Shown: in pieces, positions 22,597 through 35,127 of the stretch
Layout of the letters: every line of letters begins with the position of its first letter
Position numbering within the stretch: position 1 is the stretch's first letter
Origin: Zygnema circumcarinatum SAG 698-1b
Taxonomy: Eukaryota; Plantae; Zygnematophyceae
DNA: 64,000 nt
Direction of reading: 5' to 3'
NCBI GenBank assembly: GCA_037447605.1
Contig: CM074816.1
Location: forward strand, 310,001 to 374,000
Made by a program: the position numbers and the translations under genes
The notes under the pieces: generated by a model
Database searches by the model: none
Seen by the model: only the letters and a program-made list of their open reading frames with translations
Told to the model about the DNA's origin: nothing

Positions 22597-24462
22597 GAAA
22601 CGCGGCTTTCTTCCTCCCCCTGTCTCTGTCTTCTTCTTCCCCTCTGCTTTCCCTTCCCTCCCCATTCCTATTGTCTCCTCCTCCGACCCCCCTTCCCTCC
22701 CCCTTCCTCGGCTTCTCCTTCTCTCTTGCCCACTTCCGCTCCCTCTCTCGTTTCCCCAATTCCCTTCCCCTCCCTCTCGCACTCCCACTCCCCCTCGCTT
22801 TTCCCCTCCGATCCAGAGCCCTCTTCATCGCCCTGATCCTCTCCCTCTGCAATCCCTCTACCTCACTCTGAGCTTAGTGACTGTTTAAAGCCGTGGAAGA
22901 GAATAGGGATGGGGAAGACGACTCAGGGAACGAGGAACTGAAACTTTTGCGCTGATTGTGCTCTTCAGGACATAACGCGGCTACAAGTACTCCCATGCCA
23001 ACCCTTCACCTGTGGAGGATGATGAGGTGTCCATCTTCCCCAATTCGGAGACGGGATGATACAGCAGGGGCGACATTGTTAAATAATGTGCATGTCGGAA
23101 TGCTGCTAGAGCATTCAATTCTTTGGGAACTCTTAATTTTACCCTCGTAGGGTGACGGATAGTATCTTTAGAGTGTTAGATTCTATGTTCTCTGGGGGAA
23201 GAGTTTCTTTTTTTAATTTTTCAGTGCAAGTTTGTGAGTGTCAATGCGATCCGAGTACGGGTTAATGAGTGGCTGAGGAGAAGTGCTGCAGGGGAGCATT
23301 GCCAAGGAGAAGAACGAGAGATAGTTTCTGTTCCAGGTCCAGTTGCAGTTGACCTGTTCTCTACGTCTATTGCCGGTTCCGGTTCAGTTCCCATTCCAGT
23401 TCCAGTTCCAATGTTAGCCCCAAAGTTTTTAGTTCGGGTTTAACGGAGTTTCAAGCAATTCAGAATCCTCAGTTCTCTAGTGCTTTCCATGCTGTAGCAT
23501 GTAACTTGAAACTGCAAACGCCAAAACCCTGTACCCAATCCCATACGCGTTCACTCCAAAGTCTTCAAAAACAGGAAAAAACCGAAGCTCGGCACATTTT
23601 TGGGTTACGAACTCACATAGGAGGGTGTGTCAACCTTAGGCATCACACTACGGGATTTGCCTTGAAACCAGTTCTTTTTGTTATTATGCGTATCGCTGGC
23701 AAGCTTTCGCTGATTCCGAAATGTCAAGGAGATGTCAGAGATTGACTCGCTCTAATGGGTTGTGAGACCTAAGCTTGCAACTTTGAGTTGCCAGTTTGAC
23801 GCAGTTTGGCCTCCACGACTGTAAATGCAGTGGTGGGAAAATGTTGACTTAGTCACATTTGATTTCTAGACAGAAACGTTTAGCCATGACTACATCTGTC
23901 CCATGACGGCTTCTTCGGTCTTTCTAGTTATTGGGTTGTTTTCCCGTAAAGCTACATCTGAAAAACTAAATGGAACAGGCCCTTAAACAAGTTGTCGTTA
24001 TGACTAAATGTTTCCATTGAGGAACCGATACCTCGGCAAAATTTCACCATTGCGACTATAGTGTAGTCGGTTTGAGTCGAGGCAAGTTCCCAAGGAACAC
24101 ATGCACTAGTGGACACATCTGAATGGTCAAAATATATAATATAAAATAATGATGCTGAACGAAAAAGAAGAAATCGCCGTTCCTGTGATCGAGCGGACGC
24201 CATGCAAGTTCAACAAAGAAGCCTCCCACGGGTGGGAGATTTTAGAGTGAAATTTTAGGGTCTTAAGTACAACCCAAAAAAAAAAAATCATTGGCAGCCC
24301 ATCCACTGTACAATGCTGCCAGATATCTGTCTGATATTCGTCCTTCTGTACACAACCAATTTACTCCGGAAGAAAAAACTCCGTAAATCTGGGAATGAAA
24401 AGGAGAGGGGAGAGGAGGGGAGGAAAGAAGGGGGAGAGGGGGTAACCCTGCAATGTGCCATC

Positions 24463-27400
24463 TCATGGTTGGTCCACGCTGTCAAGTTTGGCCAAATACT
24501 CGCTGATGGCCTCTCCCTCCCTCTCCACATCCACATCATATGCCGCCAAGGGGTCCTCTGAGAGGTCCTTTGCGATCTCCTCCACCATTTCTTGATCCTG
24601 CGGTTCAAGATCATCCTCATCACTTCCACTGCTGCTGCTTGCATCCTCAGCCTCCATATGCCCATCTTGATTCGAGGCATTCGGCTGACTTTCGTTTGTT
24701 GATCTAGAAGCTGAGGTTCCACTGCAGTCGGGTCCACCATGACTGGGGGATCCACCGACTGTGGCAACATCGGGCTGAGAGTCTTCTCTGAGAAGTAACT
24801 CCACAGCCTCCTGTTCATTGTTTCCAGAAGCTTCCAAAGCTCTCTTTGCTGCATTGCCCAAAAGCACAACATGCCGAGGGTTTAGCGAGGCATTGAAAGC
24901 CTAAAAATGCTGAAAAATCGAAGAAACGACCTAAAACAACCCTGAAATCCCTGAACCCCTATGACTATGCCCCATGACTCAGGCTTTCCACCGAAACGTA
25001 CCGTACTCTAAAATATTACCTACACCGAACACACACAACCCCGAACCCTAACCTAAACCCTAATACTAAAACAATCGTTTGTGCTCTGAACCCTAAAGGC
25101 CTACAGTCCAAGCAAAAGCCCTAAAGTCTGAGCCCTGAACCCTGCGCACCGCGAGATTTCTCATAGCCCATGGCCTCAAGCAGCGCCATCGCCTCGCGAG
25201 TCGCCTTTGTGAGCTTCCTCTTGCGGCTGCTGCTCACACTCACCTGCCTCCTCATGCAGGCCGGAACAAAGGCAGGGGTTCAGGGGCTTCAGTAGAACAT
25301 TGGAATGATAGGGAGAGTTCAAGGGGCTCAGGGGCTGACAGTGCATGAGCCCATGATTTCCTCCCTCCCTCCACCCCTCCTTTCCCTCCACCCCTCCTTT
25401 CCCTCCCTTCCTCCCTCTCTCCCTCCCCCCTTTCCCACCTTTCCCTCCCTCTCTCCCTCCCTCCCTCCCTCCCTCCCTCCTTTCCCTCCTTTCCCTCCTT
25501 TCCCTCCCCTCCCTCCCTCCTCGGCCCCCTTTCTCCCTCCTCCCACCTGCAGTGCCACCCTGGCAGATGGGTCCAAAAGGGCGTCTAGTGAAGCTTGCAG
25601 ATCGTTCTCACTCTGCCGAAGTGCTTCCGCTGCAAGAGACTTGTCACATCTGTGAAATTGGCCCAAAAGGGAGGGGACCATTCAAAACCTACCCCTATGT
25701 GTGGAAAAAAAAAAAAAAAAAAAACATGTTTTTTCTCCCTTTTTTGCCACAAAAAAGGGAGGAAAAAAATTGCCCTAATTTCACATATTGAATGTTTAGA
25801 GCCCGTCACTGTTTCCGACAAGGAAAACGGTTATGCAGAAGAGAAGAATATTCTGGGGGGGATCTCCTCGCCAAGATGTTGAGTGACACCATTGTATGCG
25901 TAATGTACGACGTTTTAGAACTTGGGTTCAGCATATTTAACATATAAATGAGGAAAAGAACATACCCCATTGCCTGAAGCTCCCTTAGCTTTTCCATGCT
26001 GACCAGCTTTCCACCTGCCGTCTTCCCATACCCTCTCTGTTCACTGTTCCACCCCAACCCCTCCCGTTCTCCTTCTCATCCAAACAGCATACTGAGCAAT
26101 TCTACTGCGCCAACTCCTCCAATCCAAATACTCTGCTTTCTCGCTTTCACTCCTTAAAAAGAAAACCTTCAAACTTCAAACTTCAAAATTCAAAATTGAC
26201 AGCTGAAACAAAAACTATCCGAGCATTGCCCTTATTTTCGTTCGCCGGTGCATGTGCCTATGTGCTTTTATTCCCCCCCAATTTACCTCCGTTCTGCCCT
26301 CTTCTTCCGGTCCTCCCTCCTCTGCGTCTCCCTCCTCTCCCTCTCCCCCACCAGAAAGAGTACTGCTCTCTCCGTGCTCTGACCGGACATTCGTAGAGCG
26401 CGTTTCGCCTCCTCCGTGGAGAAGCCCATGGCTGCCAACTGGAGGAGGGCCTCCTCCGAGACTTGCAGCTGGACAACTCCCACGGGGGAGGGGGAGAGAG
26501 AGGGGNNNNNNNNNNGGAGGGCGGGAAAGAGGGCAGGGGGCGGGGAGAAGAAGAGAGAGAGGAAAGAGAGGGAGAAGAAGAGAAGGAAAGGCAGTCAGCG
26601 AGAGAGGGAAAGGGGAGGGAGAGAGAGAGAGAGAGAGACGGGGTGGGATGGAGAGAGAGGGAGGAGACAAGGAGAGAGAGAGATAAGAAGGGAGGAGAAG
26701 TCAGGGAGAGCCGAATAGATGATGGGAGATGGGCGGAGAACTGATGGAGGGTGAAACTAAGAGGAGACCCTCCCTCCCTCCCTGGGAAGGGAGGTAGAGT
26801 AATGGCTTTCACTAGGAGCAGCAACTGCAACTGAAGTGAAGCTGTTAAAGTTGGAATGAAATTTGAGGAGATTGATTTGAACCTGCTGAAACTTGGCCTG
26901 GGCAGAGAGAAGGGAGTGGCGGGCAGCGGAGAAGTTGTTGCTGTAAAAAGAAACGACTCCTTCCAACAGTTCAAGTCGCACATAGCTGCAAACTCAAGCA
27001 AAAAGCAAAATACACAAATACACAGAAGAATGGAAAATGAAAAGAAAAATCACAGAAAATAGGAGCTCAATAGGGAATCCGAGGATTACAAAAGCATCAA
27101 GATTTTCAGAATTCGTAAAGAAGCTAGAGTTTAGCAGCCTCATAGCAGCCTAATTTTCCGGTCAGAAAAAATCAGTCTCTTTTCGTTTACATATATTGAA
27201 CTGATATTTGAACACTTTAGTAATTGGGTCAAGTCTATTCCACTTGTCTGAATCTGACGACTTGTAGATGATCAATCCATGAGTGAACCATATTTTCCAC
27301 ATTTAATCTTTGCTTCCCAACCTCCCAACTCAATAGAATATCCAGCTGATACGAATTGTGTATTCAACTTTCCAGTTCATGTATCCACCACTCACAAGCC

Positions 27401-29542
27401 ATCAAAATCAAAAACATCAACACTGGTCACTCTCTGTTGGTGTGATCCGCAGCACTTTTGCTGACGCTTATGTTATGTATGCTGACGTCATCATTTGGTG
27501 GGGCGAAGCGAGCAGCTTACGTGGCGAGTTCGGGGGAGAAGGCACCCTGAAGGAGGCGGAGCCGCTCCATAGAGGCACCATGGGAGCGCTGGAGGCACAT
27601 CCGTGCCTTCTTTAAGCGGTCGCGGGCACACCCCAGCGAGGCGGAGTCTTGCAGGCGGTGGAAGCACCACACAGTGTCCAGCTGAAGCATGGCCACATTG
27701 TCGACAGCCTGCAGGAGGGAGAAGGAGAAAGGGGAAAGGGAGAGGGGACAGGGAGAGAGAGGGAGAGAGAAGGAGAGAGAGGGAGAGAGTTATAAGGGAG
27801 AGGAGACGGTATGATGGGAGAGGGAGCGCAGGGGGAGAGTTATAGGGAGGGGAGGAAGAATGATGGGAGAGCGTAGGGAGGGAGAGAGAAAGGGAGAGAG
27901 AGAGAGGGAGAGAGAGAGGAAGAGGGAGGGAGTTAAGCCTCTGCTGCAGATGGGGAGTTATGGATTCAGGGGATTTGGGGTACTTAGGTTGCTAGTGATT
28001 TCAGATTTGCGTTTCTGAATTGTGGAGGATAGAGATTCCTAAAACTGAGACATATCCAGCAACTCATCTGATTGTTTGATACATCAGCAAGCATAGCAGT
28101 GGTGGCAGATGCCCACCTCCAAATGCTTTGAATTGCAGAGGGAAAAGGCTTCCTGCACATACATCCCATCCAGCCAAGGAAGGACACTGATTCTGCATCA
28201 CTTCCCATTGCAAAGTATGCAAAGGTCTGGAAGTGTTGTACAGCCATACTGTTGAAAAATATGTACATTGATCACGAAGAGGGAAAACAAGAAGAAGGGG
28301 AGGAGAAAACCTCAGCCATGGAAAGGACCTCCAAAGCCTCCGAAAATCGCTCTTTCTCCACAAGAGCATGACCACGAGCATGCAGCATGAGGCCCATAAC
28401 CAACGCCCTAAAAAATGTGTGGAAATTTCATTAGGAGAAAGGAGAGAGCTTAAGAAGTACTGCAGGAGAGCTGTCCCCTTCTTAAGTCGCTGTCTCTAAT
28501 TCCAAATTTCTTTCCTGACATTTCTGAACCACAATAAGCGTTTGAACGAAGGAAATTCCAAGTGGCCCCAAACCCTAAATTATAACGCTCTGATCATATG
28601 AATGCTGCTTAAACCTACGTGTTCGGAGAGACTCTGCCTCTCGGAATGCAAGAAGTTGATTGCAGTGAGACGAAAAACGGCAGGAGATTCGCCCAGACCT
28701 GCATGAGATTGCAAGGCTCTACTTACTTTCTGTCATCTTCAGAGTCGAATGTCAGCTGCTGTCCACTTTGATTCTCCAGCTGCACATCGTACGACCCTAT
28801 GCGCCCTCCATCGCTGCTTTGAGCCGCCATCTTTTCTGCTGTAGCTCTGCATTCCAAGCGCATGAAAACAAAGCTCGACCTCCACCATGTCAGCCCTCGA
28901 CAAAGTAAAGAACCCGAAAGGAAATATTCCGCAGTCTGCAGAGTAAACTGCGTCTGCAAACAGAACTAAAAAATACGTTTTCAACACACAAAAATCTGAA
29001 GGGTTTCTAATAATACTAATTGATTTTAATTCACTCCCGAACTCCAACTTCGAATATTCGAAAACGAGAAAAACTCCAACATTCCGACAAGCTGAGCGAG
29101 TTTCGTTGCTATCATTCCCATGGTCTGATGGATGGATGGATGGCAGCTGTCACCTGAGCCTTGCAAGACGAACGCTTCGCTCCTCAAGAGGCGCAAATGC
29201 CGCAGCCTCCTCCTTGCTCCGCTTCCGACTGACAAGGAGCCTTGAACTCGCTCCCACTCCCGCCTCCCTCAGGGAGCAGAACCTCTCCGCCTCTCCTCCC
29301 GGAGCACCCTCAGAACCTTCAAGTATTTTTGAGTTTGTAGCATTATTGTGGTTTTGGGAGTCCATGGGAGCCAAGTCTTTTAGAGTCCTCCCTCCGCAGA
29401 TAAGCACTACGCTCTCCGCATCCCATCCTGCTCTCTCTGCAATTGTGGCGCGGAGGTCTCTCACTGTACACGTGTCGACATCAGGAAGCTCCAGCTGGCC
29501 AGACCATGCTCCAACAATGCGGAGCTTTGCTGGAGTAGACAT
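24463..29542 (-). CDS. NUB1: NEDD8 ultimate buster 1 homolog (N-terminal UBL, three UBA domains)
   Basis: Exons 29542-29154 (MSTPAKLRIVGAWSG...LICGGRTLKD), 28846-28727, 28407-28311 (ALVMGLMLHARG), 28152-28117, 27708-27521 (VDNVAMLQLDTVWC), 26985-26883 (YVRLELLEGV), 26468-26287 (LAAMGF), 26042-25966 (LQAMG), 25649-25547, 25243-25150 (LEAMGY) and 24848-24463 (AYDVDVEREGEAISEYL). All phases chain. Confidence 0.93.
25040..25145 (+). promoter_or_regulatory. Telo-box-like (AACCCTA) cluster in the last NUB1 intron
   Basis: Several A/GAACCCTAA and GCCCTAA variants within 100 bp. Similar clusters occur near 1641-1665, 17594-17610 and 31641-31675. Confidence 0.5.
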
Positions 29543-29776
29543 GGATGCCTGTCCGACTCTCAACCTATCGCCTTTCACTCTCTCCACCCCTCCGTCTCCC
29601 GCTTTGCCACACTCTCTCTCTCTCGCCTATCTCTCTCCCACCCCTCTCCTCTCACGCTCTTCTCTCGCACTGTCTAATTCTCCTTCACCAGCGCTTCTGT
29701 TTTCCCCCTCGTCTCCCTACGTTTCCTTTTTTTTCGGCAGCGCGCCTTCGCCCGGCCGTCCGGCGGTCGCGGGGCG

Positions 29777-29804
29777 CCGACCGACCGACCGACCGACCGA
29801 CCGA
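29777..29804 (+). promoter_or_regulatory. (CCGA)7 tract giving overlapping DRE/CRT cores (A/GCCGAC) between divergent genes
   Basis: Lies between the NUB1 ATG (29542, -) and the ATG at 29850 (+). A related ACCGACC(A) tract is at 34289-34318. Regulatory function is inferred. Confidence 0.4.
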
Positions 29805-29849
29805 CCGGGCAGCAGCGAGCACGTAACAAGGGGAAGCGGAGAGGAGGCG

Positions 29850-31273
29850 ATGGCTATGGCGATGGCGGTTCTGGCCCATGGCCATGGCCATGGCCCCGCG
29901 CGGCGATGCGATGGCCATGGCCATGGCTCTGAGGGCGGCTGCGGCGCGGCCGCTCTGCAGCGCTGTGACTTCCGCCTCGTCAGCGAGGCCAGGTCAGCGC
30001 CCGCCCCAGCCGCCGCACCACTAAGAGTCCGCCACGTGGCAGCGGCGACGTAATGCTTGCTTCTCGAGGCTTGTGCTCTTATATTGGACAGTGAAATAAA
30101 ATAAGAAATACAAATTGAAAATGCTTTCTATCTGTGAGGGAGTTCTGTGCAGTTGGGGGCGAGCCTCTGACTCGGCGTCGGAATGGAAGAATGGAGGACG
30201 CCGTGAGCGGCGGAAAAGCCTTTGTCGAAAAGGACGCCATCACTGCATTACTCTGCAAGAAAGCGGCGCTCTCTGATTTTTTCGAAGAGGTAAATGACAT
30301 GTTTTGAGCTGTGTACCCAACCGACGGAACATGCGATTGCGGCGTTCAGAAGGGGATAGCTCAAGCGGTCCCCTACCCTTCATTTACAAGGATCCGAATT
30401 ATTTTGATGGATTTATTTTTCGCAAGAATGTGAACGGCCAATGGGAACGAGAGTTCGCTGATCTAAATGCAAGATAGAGTGCAAGCACTGTGGCTAACTG
30501 AGGGCACCTAATGGATACTTGAGCTTCGTTCTCGTTTCTGACTTGTGTTATTTTGAACAGTTAGCCACACAGTGGCTTTCCGAGAGCTGCCTGCTCGCCC
30601 CAAATCATACATCCAAGCTGTAACATCCGAATGGACGGAAAATCTTCACTAGGGCGACTCCAACAGGGAGAAGAATCCAGACGAGTGTCGATGCTTTGTC
30701 TTCAATCAGGATACCTTCATCGAAGAAGAATTCTGCAAACGTCAGTCGCCACCTCCTCCTTCCCGTAGATCTCCATCTCCTCCTCCACGTCGCTCCCCAT
30801 CACCTTCTCCTTGCGAAAGAAGGAGAAAGCATCTGTCCCTCCAACCCGCAAGAGTTTTGCGATTTTTCTTCGACGGCCATGAGAAGGAGGTCCCCACATT
30901 TCATTTGGCTGACAATGTGAGCAGTGACGAGTCGAAGCCTCTCAGTCCCGGCCTCCGTACATCGAAAGTCGGTGGAGAGGCCACGGTGAAAGTGGAAGTC
31001 GACGAGTCCGGGAAAGGCGAGTTCAAGGGCTGCCCTTATACCGACGAGTCTCCGGGAAATCAGTTTTATCTCAACGGGGAGGACGCCACTCTGAGGGCTC
31101 GCACTTATCAGAACGACCGCGGCGTCGATTTCTTCATCAATCGTTGCATTGTTCTCTCTGTTGAGGCGTTCTCCGTAGTCTACAACGGAAATGGGCCGTA
31201 CAATGTGCCTCCCGACACAGACGGCATGTTTCCATCGTCACGCCGCTGCGTTGTCTTCAAAACTGAGTATTAG
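29850..31273 (+). CDS. Unknown, probably secreted Pro/Cys-containing protein
   Basis: Exon 1 runs from 29850 or 29878 to 29992 (Met/Ala-rich leader; an extra C near 29876 shifts the frame from the first ATG). Exon 2 is 30153-30289. The last exon runs from about 30653 to 31273: ECRCFVFNQDTFIEEEFCKRQSPPPPSRRSPSPPPRRSPSPSPC followed by an about 130-aa globular-looking tail. A possible extra exon is 30561-30619. Confidence 0.55.
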
Positions 31274-32258
31274 AGTTGGCGGGGAACCATGTGTGGGCTG
31301 TGTGATGAGAGTCTAAAGTCTAGTTAGAAGGAATTAGATAAAGGAATTTGACGATTTCTCTTTGTTTGAGAGTTTTGGACATTGGTGGGTTTCGTAAAAT
31401 TGGAAAAGAGTGAGCTTAGATTCCGAGATAGCAATGCTTCCCACAAATAGGCTCGTGCTATGTATTATATGACCATTGCAAAGACGTTTGATTACTTTTC
31501 TATTCCACAAACGAGTTTTCGTCAGTTGATGACGTGGCATTGACCACCATTTCTGGATGTCTGTGCCCGTCTTACAGTTTGAGTCGGGAGTCTGGCAGAT
31601 GACAATCAGCCCCGATTTGCGGCCTTTTTTAAAACGCTCAACCCTAAACCCTACACCCTAAACCTTAAACCCTAAGGCCGAAACTCCTAACCCCGTGCAT
31701 TTCCCGCTTACCACAAAATGGGTACTCGGGTTCTTTGGTTTGACGAGCTCCCAGTTTGGCGTAATACAGCTTTGGGGAAGAAGTCGCAAATGAAAAGCCT
31801 TCCGCCTCCGAGCCACCACTTCCGCCTCAACTCATCGCGTGACGTCACGCTGCCGTCAGAGTGGCGTGGCGATAGAGTGCCTCTCGCGGGTACCCGATGC
31901 GGCGACCACGTATCGATATGCTGATACGATACTGCGGATTGATATTCCGATATTCTGAGCGACCGTCCCTGTGACGGCTGTCACGCCGCTCGCCAGAAAC
32001 GGCGAAACCATTGCGAAAATATTGGGGCGGGGTACTTGTACTGTATTCCTAGCCAGAACGAGACGCGGGCTGTACGGATGAACCATTTCTATTAATCCAA
32101 TCGTGCGTTGCCACGTGGCATGATTTCTTTGCCTGGATCTGTTTGTGTAACATAGTTAGTTTAGATTAGCATGTTTGTGTTCGCACTTAGTTCATAGGGG
32201 TGTGCTTCTAGGTGTGAGTTGTATGGGGGCGGACTTGCTTCATCGTACGACTCAGGAG

Positions 32259-32690
32259 TAGGGTTGGGGGCACGGGGGCACGGGCATGCCCGGGGGGGGG
32301 GCATGCCCCCCATTTTTGACCGTCCGTGCCCGGGGCACGCCTCCAAAAATTTTCCCCATATATTTCGTGCCCCCCCGTGCCCCCTGTCACGTGACGCTTA
32401 CCTCGTACGACCGGGCCCGGGCCGGTGACGATTGTTGTGTTGAGTACTGTCCGTACTTTTCATAGTTTCCGTACATTTGTACCTTGACTCGTACGTTTAG
32501 TACATTCATCTGTACTTTCCGTACCTTCATTCGTACCGTTTTTAAAATATTATATTCTTTTTTGGTCCGATTTGAATTGCTCAATGCAGTCACGTCACGG
32601 GGCACGAAAAAGGGGCATGCCCCCCCCCCCAAGGGGGGGGGGCACGTGCCCCTGGGCACGGGTCGGAGGGGGACCGTGCCCCCAACCCTA
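32259..32690. mobile_element. hAT-superfamily MITE (432 bp, non-autonomous)
   Basis: Perfect 17-bp TIRs TAGGGTTGGGGGCACGG / CCGTGCCCCCAACCCTA. Exact 8-bp TSD CTCAGGAG at 32251-32258 and 32691-32698. Many subterminal GGCACG/CGTGCC motifs; no transposase ORF. Confidence 0.96.
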
Positions 32691-33858
32691 CTCAGGAGGC
32701 TTGCAACCTCATACTATATAGTGAGGAGTGGGTGTGTAAGATAGTAGCCTTCTTGACGAGAGTTGCAAAGCTACGGCAGTTAGAGGCATGGCTTTGGCAA
32801 GAGGAGGTGGACCTTTGTGAGGAGTCTCCGTCTGTGGAGAGCAATCTCACGTGAAGGTGGAGTTATCATGTGTTAAAAGCTTGGCAAGGCTTATGGGGGC
32901 TTGAGCTGGAAAGCTTGTCATGATAAAGGAGTTTTAGGCTGGGAGCTTTCTCCTTCGCTTTTCTATTCCGCCTCTTGTGTGTTTTGTATGCACTTGAGTG
33001 AAAAACGAGTGAGAGTGTTGTGGGCACAGGGAGAGAAGCTTCCATGGATAGTGAAGAGGGGGAAAGGGTTGGCGATGAATTTGCTTCTCATCCTTCTGCC
33101 CCGCTCACGGGATCGAGCCGGGAGCGGGCGGGCGAAAGTATCGGCAGGTAAAGCGATATGCCGATACTGTGTCGGGCGGACAGAATTTGTCGCGAGTGCC
33201 GTTTCCTATGAAGCTTCAGTATGGACGTATCCCGCCCAATGTTGTACCACGGATTTTGTTGGAAACTAAAGCCTGGTCTCCCTCTCTCACTGCACTCTCA
33301 GGCATGCTTGTATTTCAGCGAACACACCCACCCCCAATGCACACACCGGAAGGAAGGAATGAAAACTGAAAAGTAAACACCGAGAAATGAAGTAAGAGGA
33401 GAAAGGCCCACCGGCTCAAAACTCCTTAAAATAGATAGAAAAGGGTTACACACAGAAACTCAGCCCTCAGGCGATTTCTACTGCTCTGCCCTACACACCT
33501 ATCTACTGCTGCCCATACAGCAGGCCTCTACACTCAGCACCACAAGCCGAGATGCAAGGTTCTAAGGGTAACTAACACTATGCACAAACCAATCTATATA
33601 CTAGCCGCTGAAGCACCTCCACGTTCCACCGCGTGCCACCGCGTTCCACCTCCATGTCGTCGAGGTCGCTCCGCGCCTTCAGGAGTTCGCTCCGTGCCGT
33701 GCGGGAGCTCAGCTCGGGAGGCCGCCATGGGGAGGGGAGCGTCCGTACCGAAACTCCCCTCCGAAAAGCTCCTCCGTCGCTCCGAACCTTCCGCGCTCCT
33801 TCGCGTCTCCAATAATCCGTACTAAGCTAACTCGTAGCCGCGCGACCTATCATCGCGC

Positions 33859-33935
33859 GCCACGTGTCTACATAACACTTGTAAACCTAAGCGGACTCCA
33901 TTGGTGGCGCGGCCTATCGCCGCCCGCCACGTGTC
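33859..33935 (+). promoter_or_regulatory. Duplicated ABRE/G-box GCCACGTGTC
   Basis: Two copies (33859, 33926) in a duplicated CCTATC...CGCCACGTGTC context about 600 bp upstream of the LysM-like gene. Confidence 0.45.
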
Positions 33936-34529
33936 CTATTACGTCTTCCGACTCAGAACAGCGCTCTAGCGCACTGTTCAGACTGTGACCGTATCTACCA
34001 AGGACCGCCGACACTGGCTAAGGACCGTACAGTGTACTACGTAGTACTATACCCCTATTGTACACTACAGATTTGTCGCGGAGCGGCACTCAAAATCAGC
34101 GCTTTTTGACCGAGGCGGGCTTCTTATTGTAAAAATGGCTGGCTGCACGTCAGGATTTGATGATGTGGATATTTTTGGCCAATCGTAACTCTTCGTTTCA
34201 CGTGCGGTGCGCCGTGCCCGCGGAGGGCGCACCACGTGGCACGGACGCCACGGACGGTTGTGCTTTGGCGGTAGCTTGGCGACGGCCCACCGACCGACCA
34301 ACCGACCAACCGACCAACGGCGTCCCGGCAGCAAAAGTGCAACGGCAGATTCAGCACTCTCATACTGAGCTGAGCTCTACGGAGGGCCCCCAGAGCTGCG
34401 GCTTTTGGCGGGTGTGGGTGTGGGCAGGCGCCAAGATTAGGGAGAGCAGCTGCAGGCACTTGGTTCTTCTGGTCAAGGAGCAGCAGCAGCAGCAGCAGCA
34501 GCAGCTGCCACGCGTCCGAGCTAATGCAG

Positions 34530-34850
34530 ATGGCGGCGCTGTTCCGCCTCGTTTTCCTTTGTGTGCTCTGCTGGGGAGGGCACGTCCGCACTGTGCTCTG
34601 CGCCAGGTCTGCACTGCAAGCGGTGCCGGCCGCATGCCGACCGTATTACACGTGGCAGAAGGCAGATACGTGTCGAGGTGTGATTCAGCGATTTTGCGGG
34701 GCGAAATCGCAGGCCACGTGGCAGCAGTGCATGGGGCCCTCCACGAGCCTGTGCATTGGGTCGGAGTGGCCCGCGGGCACCGTCCTCTGCGTGAAGCGGC
34801 CGGCGGGGTGCTTTTATAACAATGCGAGGGTGGCAAACTGCGTTGGCTAA
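34530..34850 (+). CDS. Small secreted Cys-rich LysM-like protein (intronless)
   Basis: Signal-like MAALFRLVFLCVLCWGGHVRTVLCA, then CRPYYTWQKADTCRGVIQRFCG...LCIGSEWPAGTVLCV, which matches the eukaryotic LysM pattern Y(T/V)xxxDTCxxI...GxxLC(V/I). An alternative ATG is at 34524. Confidence 0.72.
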   Translation: MAALFRLVFLCVLCWGGHVRTVLCARSALQAVPAACRPYYTWQKADTCRGVIQRFCGAKSQATWQQCMGPSTSLCIGSEWPAGTVLCVKRPAGCFYNNARVANCVG

Positions 34851-35127
34851 AGGGGANNNNNNNNNNGGGGGGAGGGAAGGAGGGGGGGTGAGAGGGGGGA
34901 GGGAGGAACGAGGGGAGAGGGTGAGGTGGGGGAAGGGGGGGGGAGAGGAGGTCCACGCGGGCCGCAGCGTGTACGTACAAGAGACGGCGGACGGCGGCGG
35001 AGAAGGGCAGGGAGGCGGAGAGGAGGCGGAGAGGAGAGGGAGAGGAAAGGGAGAGGAGGCGGAGAGGAGAGTGAGAGGAGGCGAAGAGGAGAGGGAGAGG
35101 AGAGGGAGAGGAGGCGAAGAAGAGGCG

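Noticed and set aside
29106-30053. 315-aa plus-strand ORF
   Set aside because: It is mostly antisense to NUB1 exon 1 plus CT-rich promoter sequence, with no domain signal.
32146-34000. Solo LTR or LTR-retroelement relic around the MITE
   Set aside because: TGTAA starts and purine runs are present, but no matching CA end with TSD, PBS or gag/pol was found.
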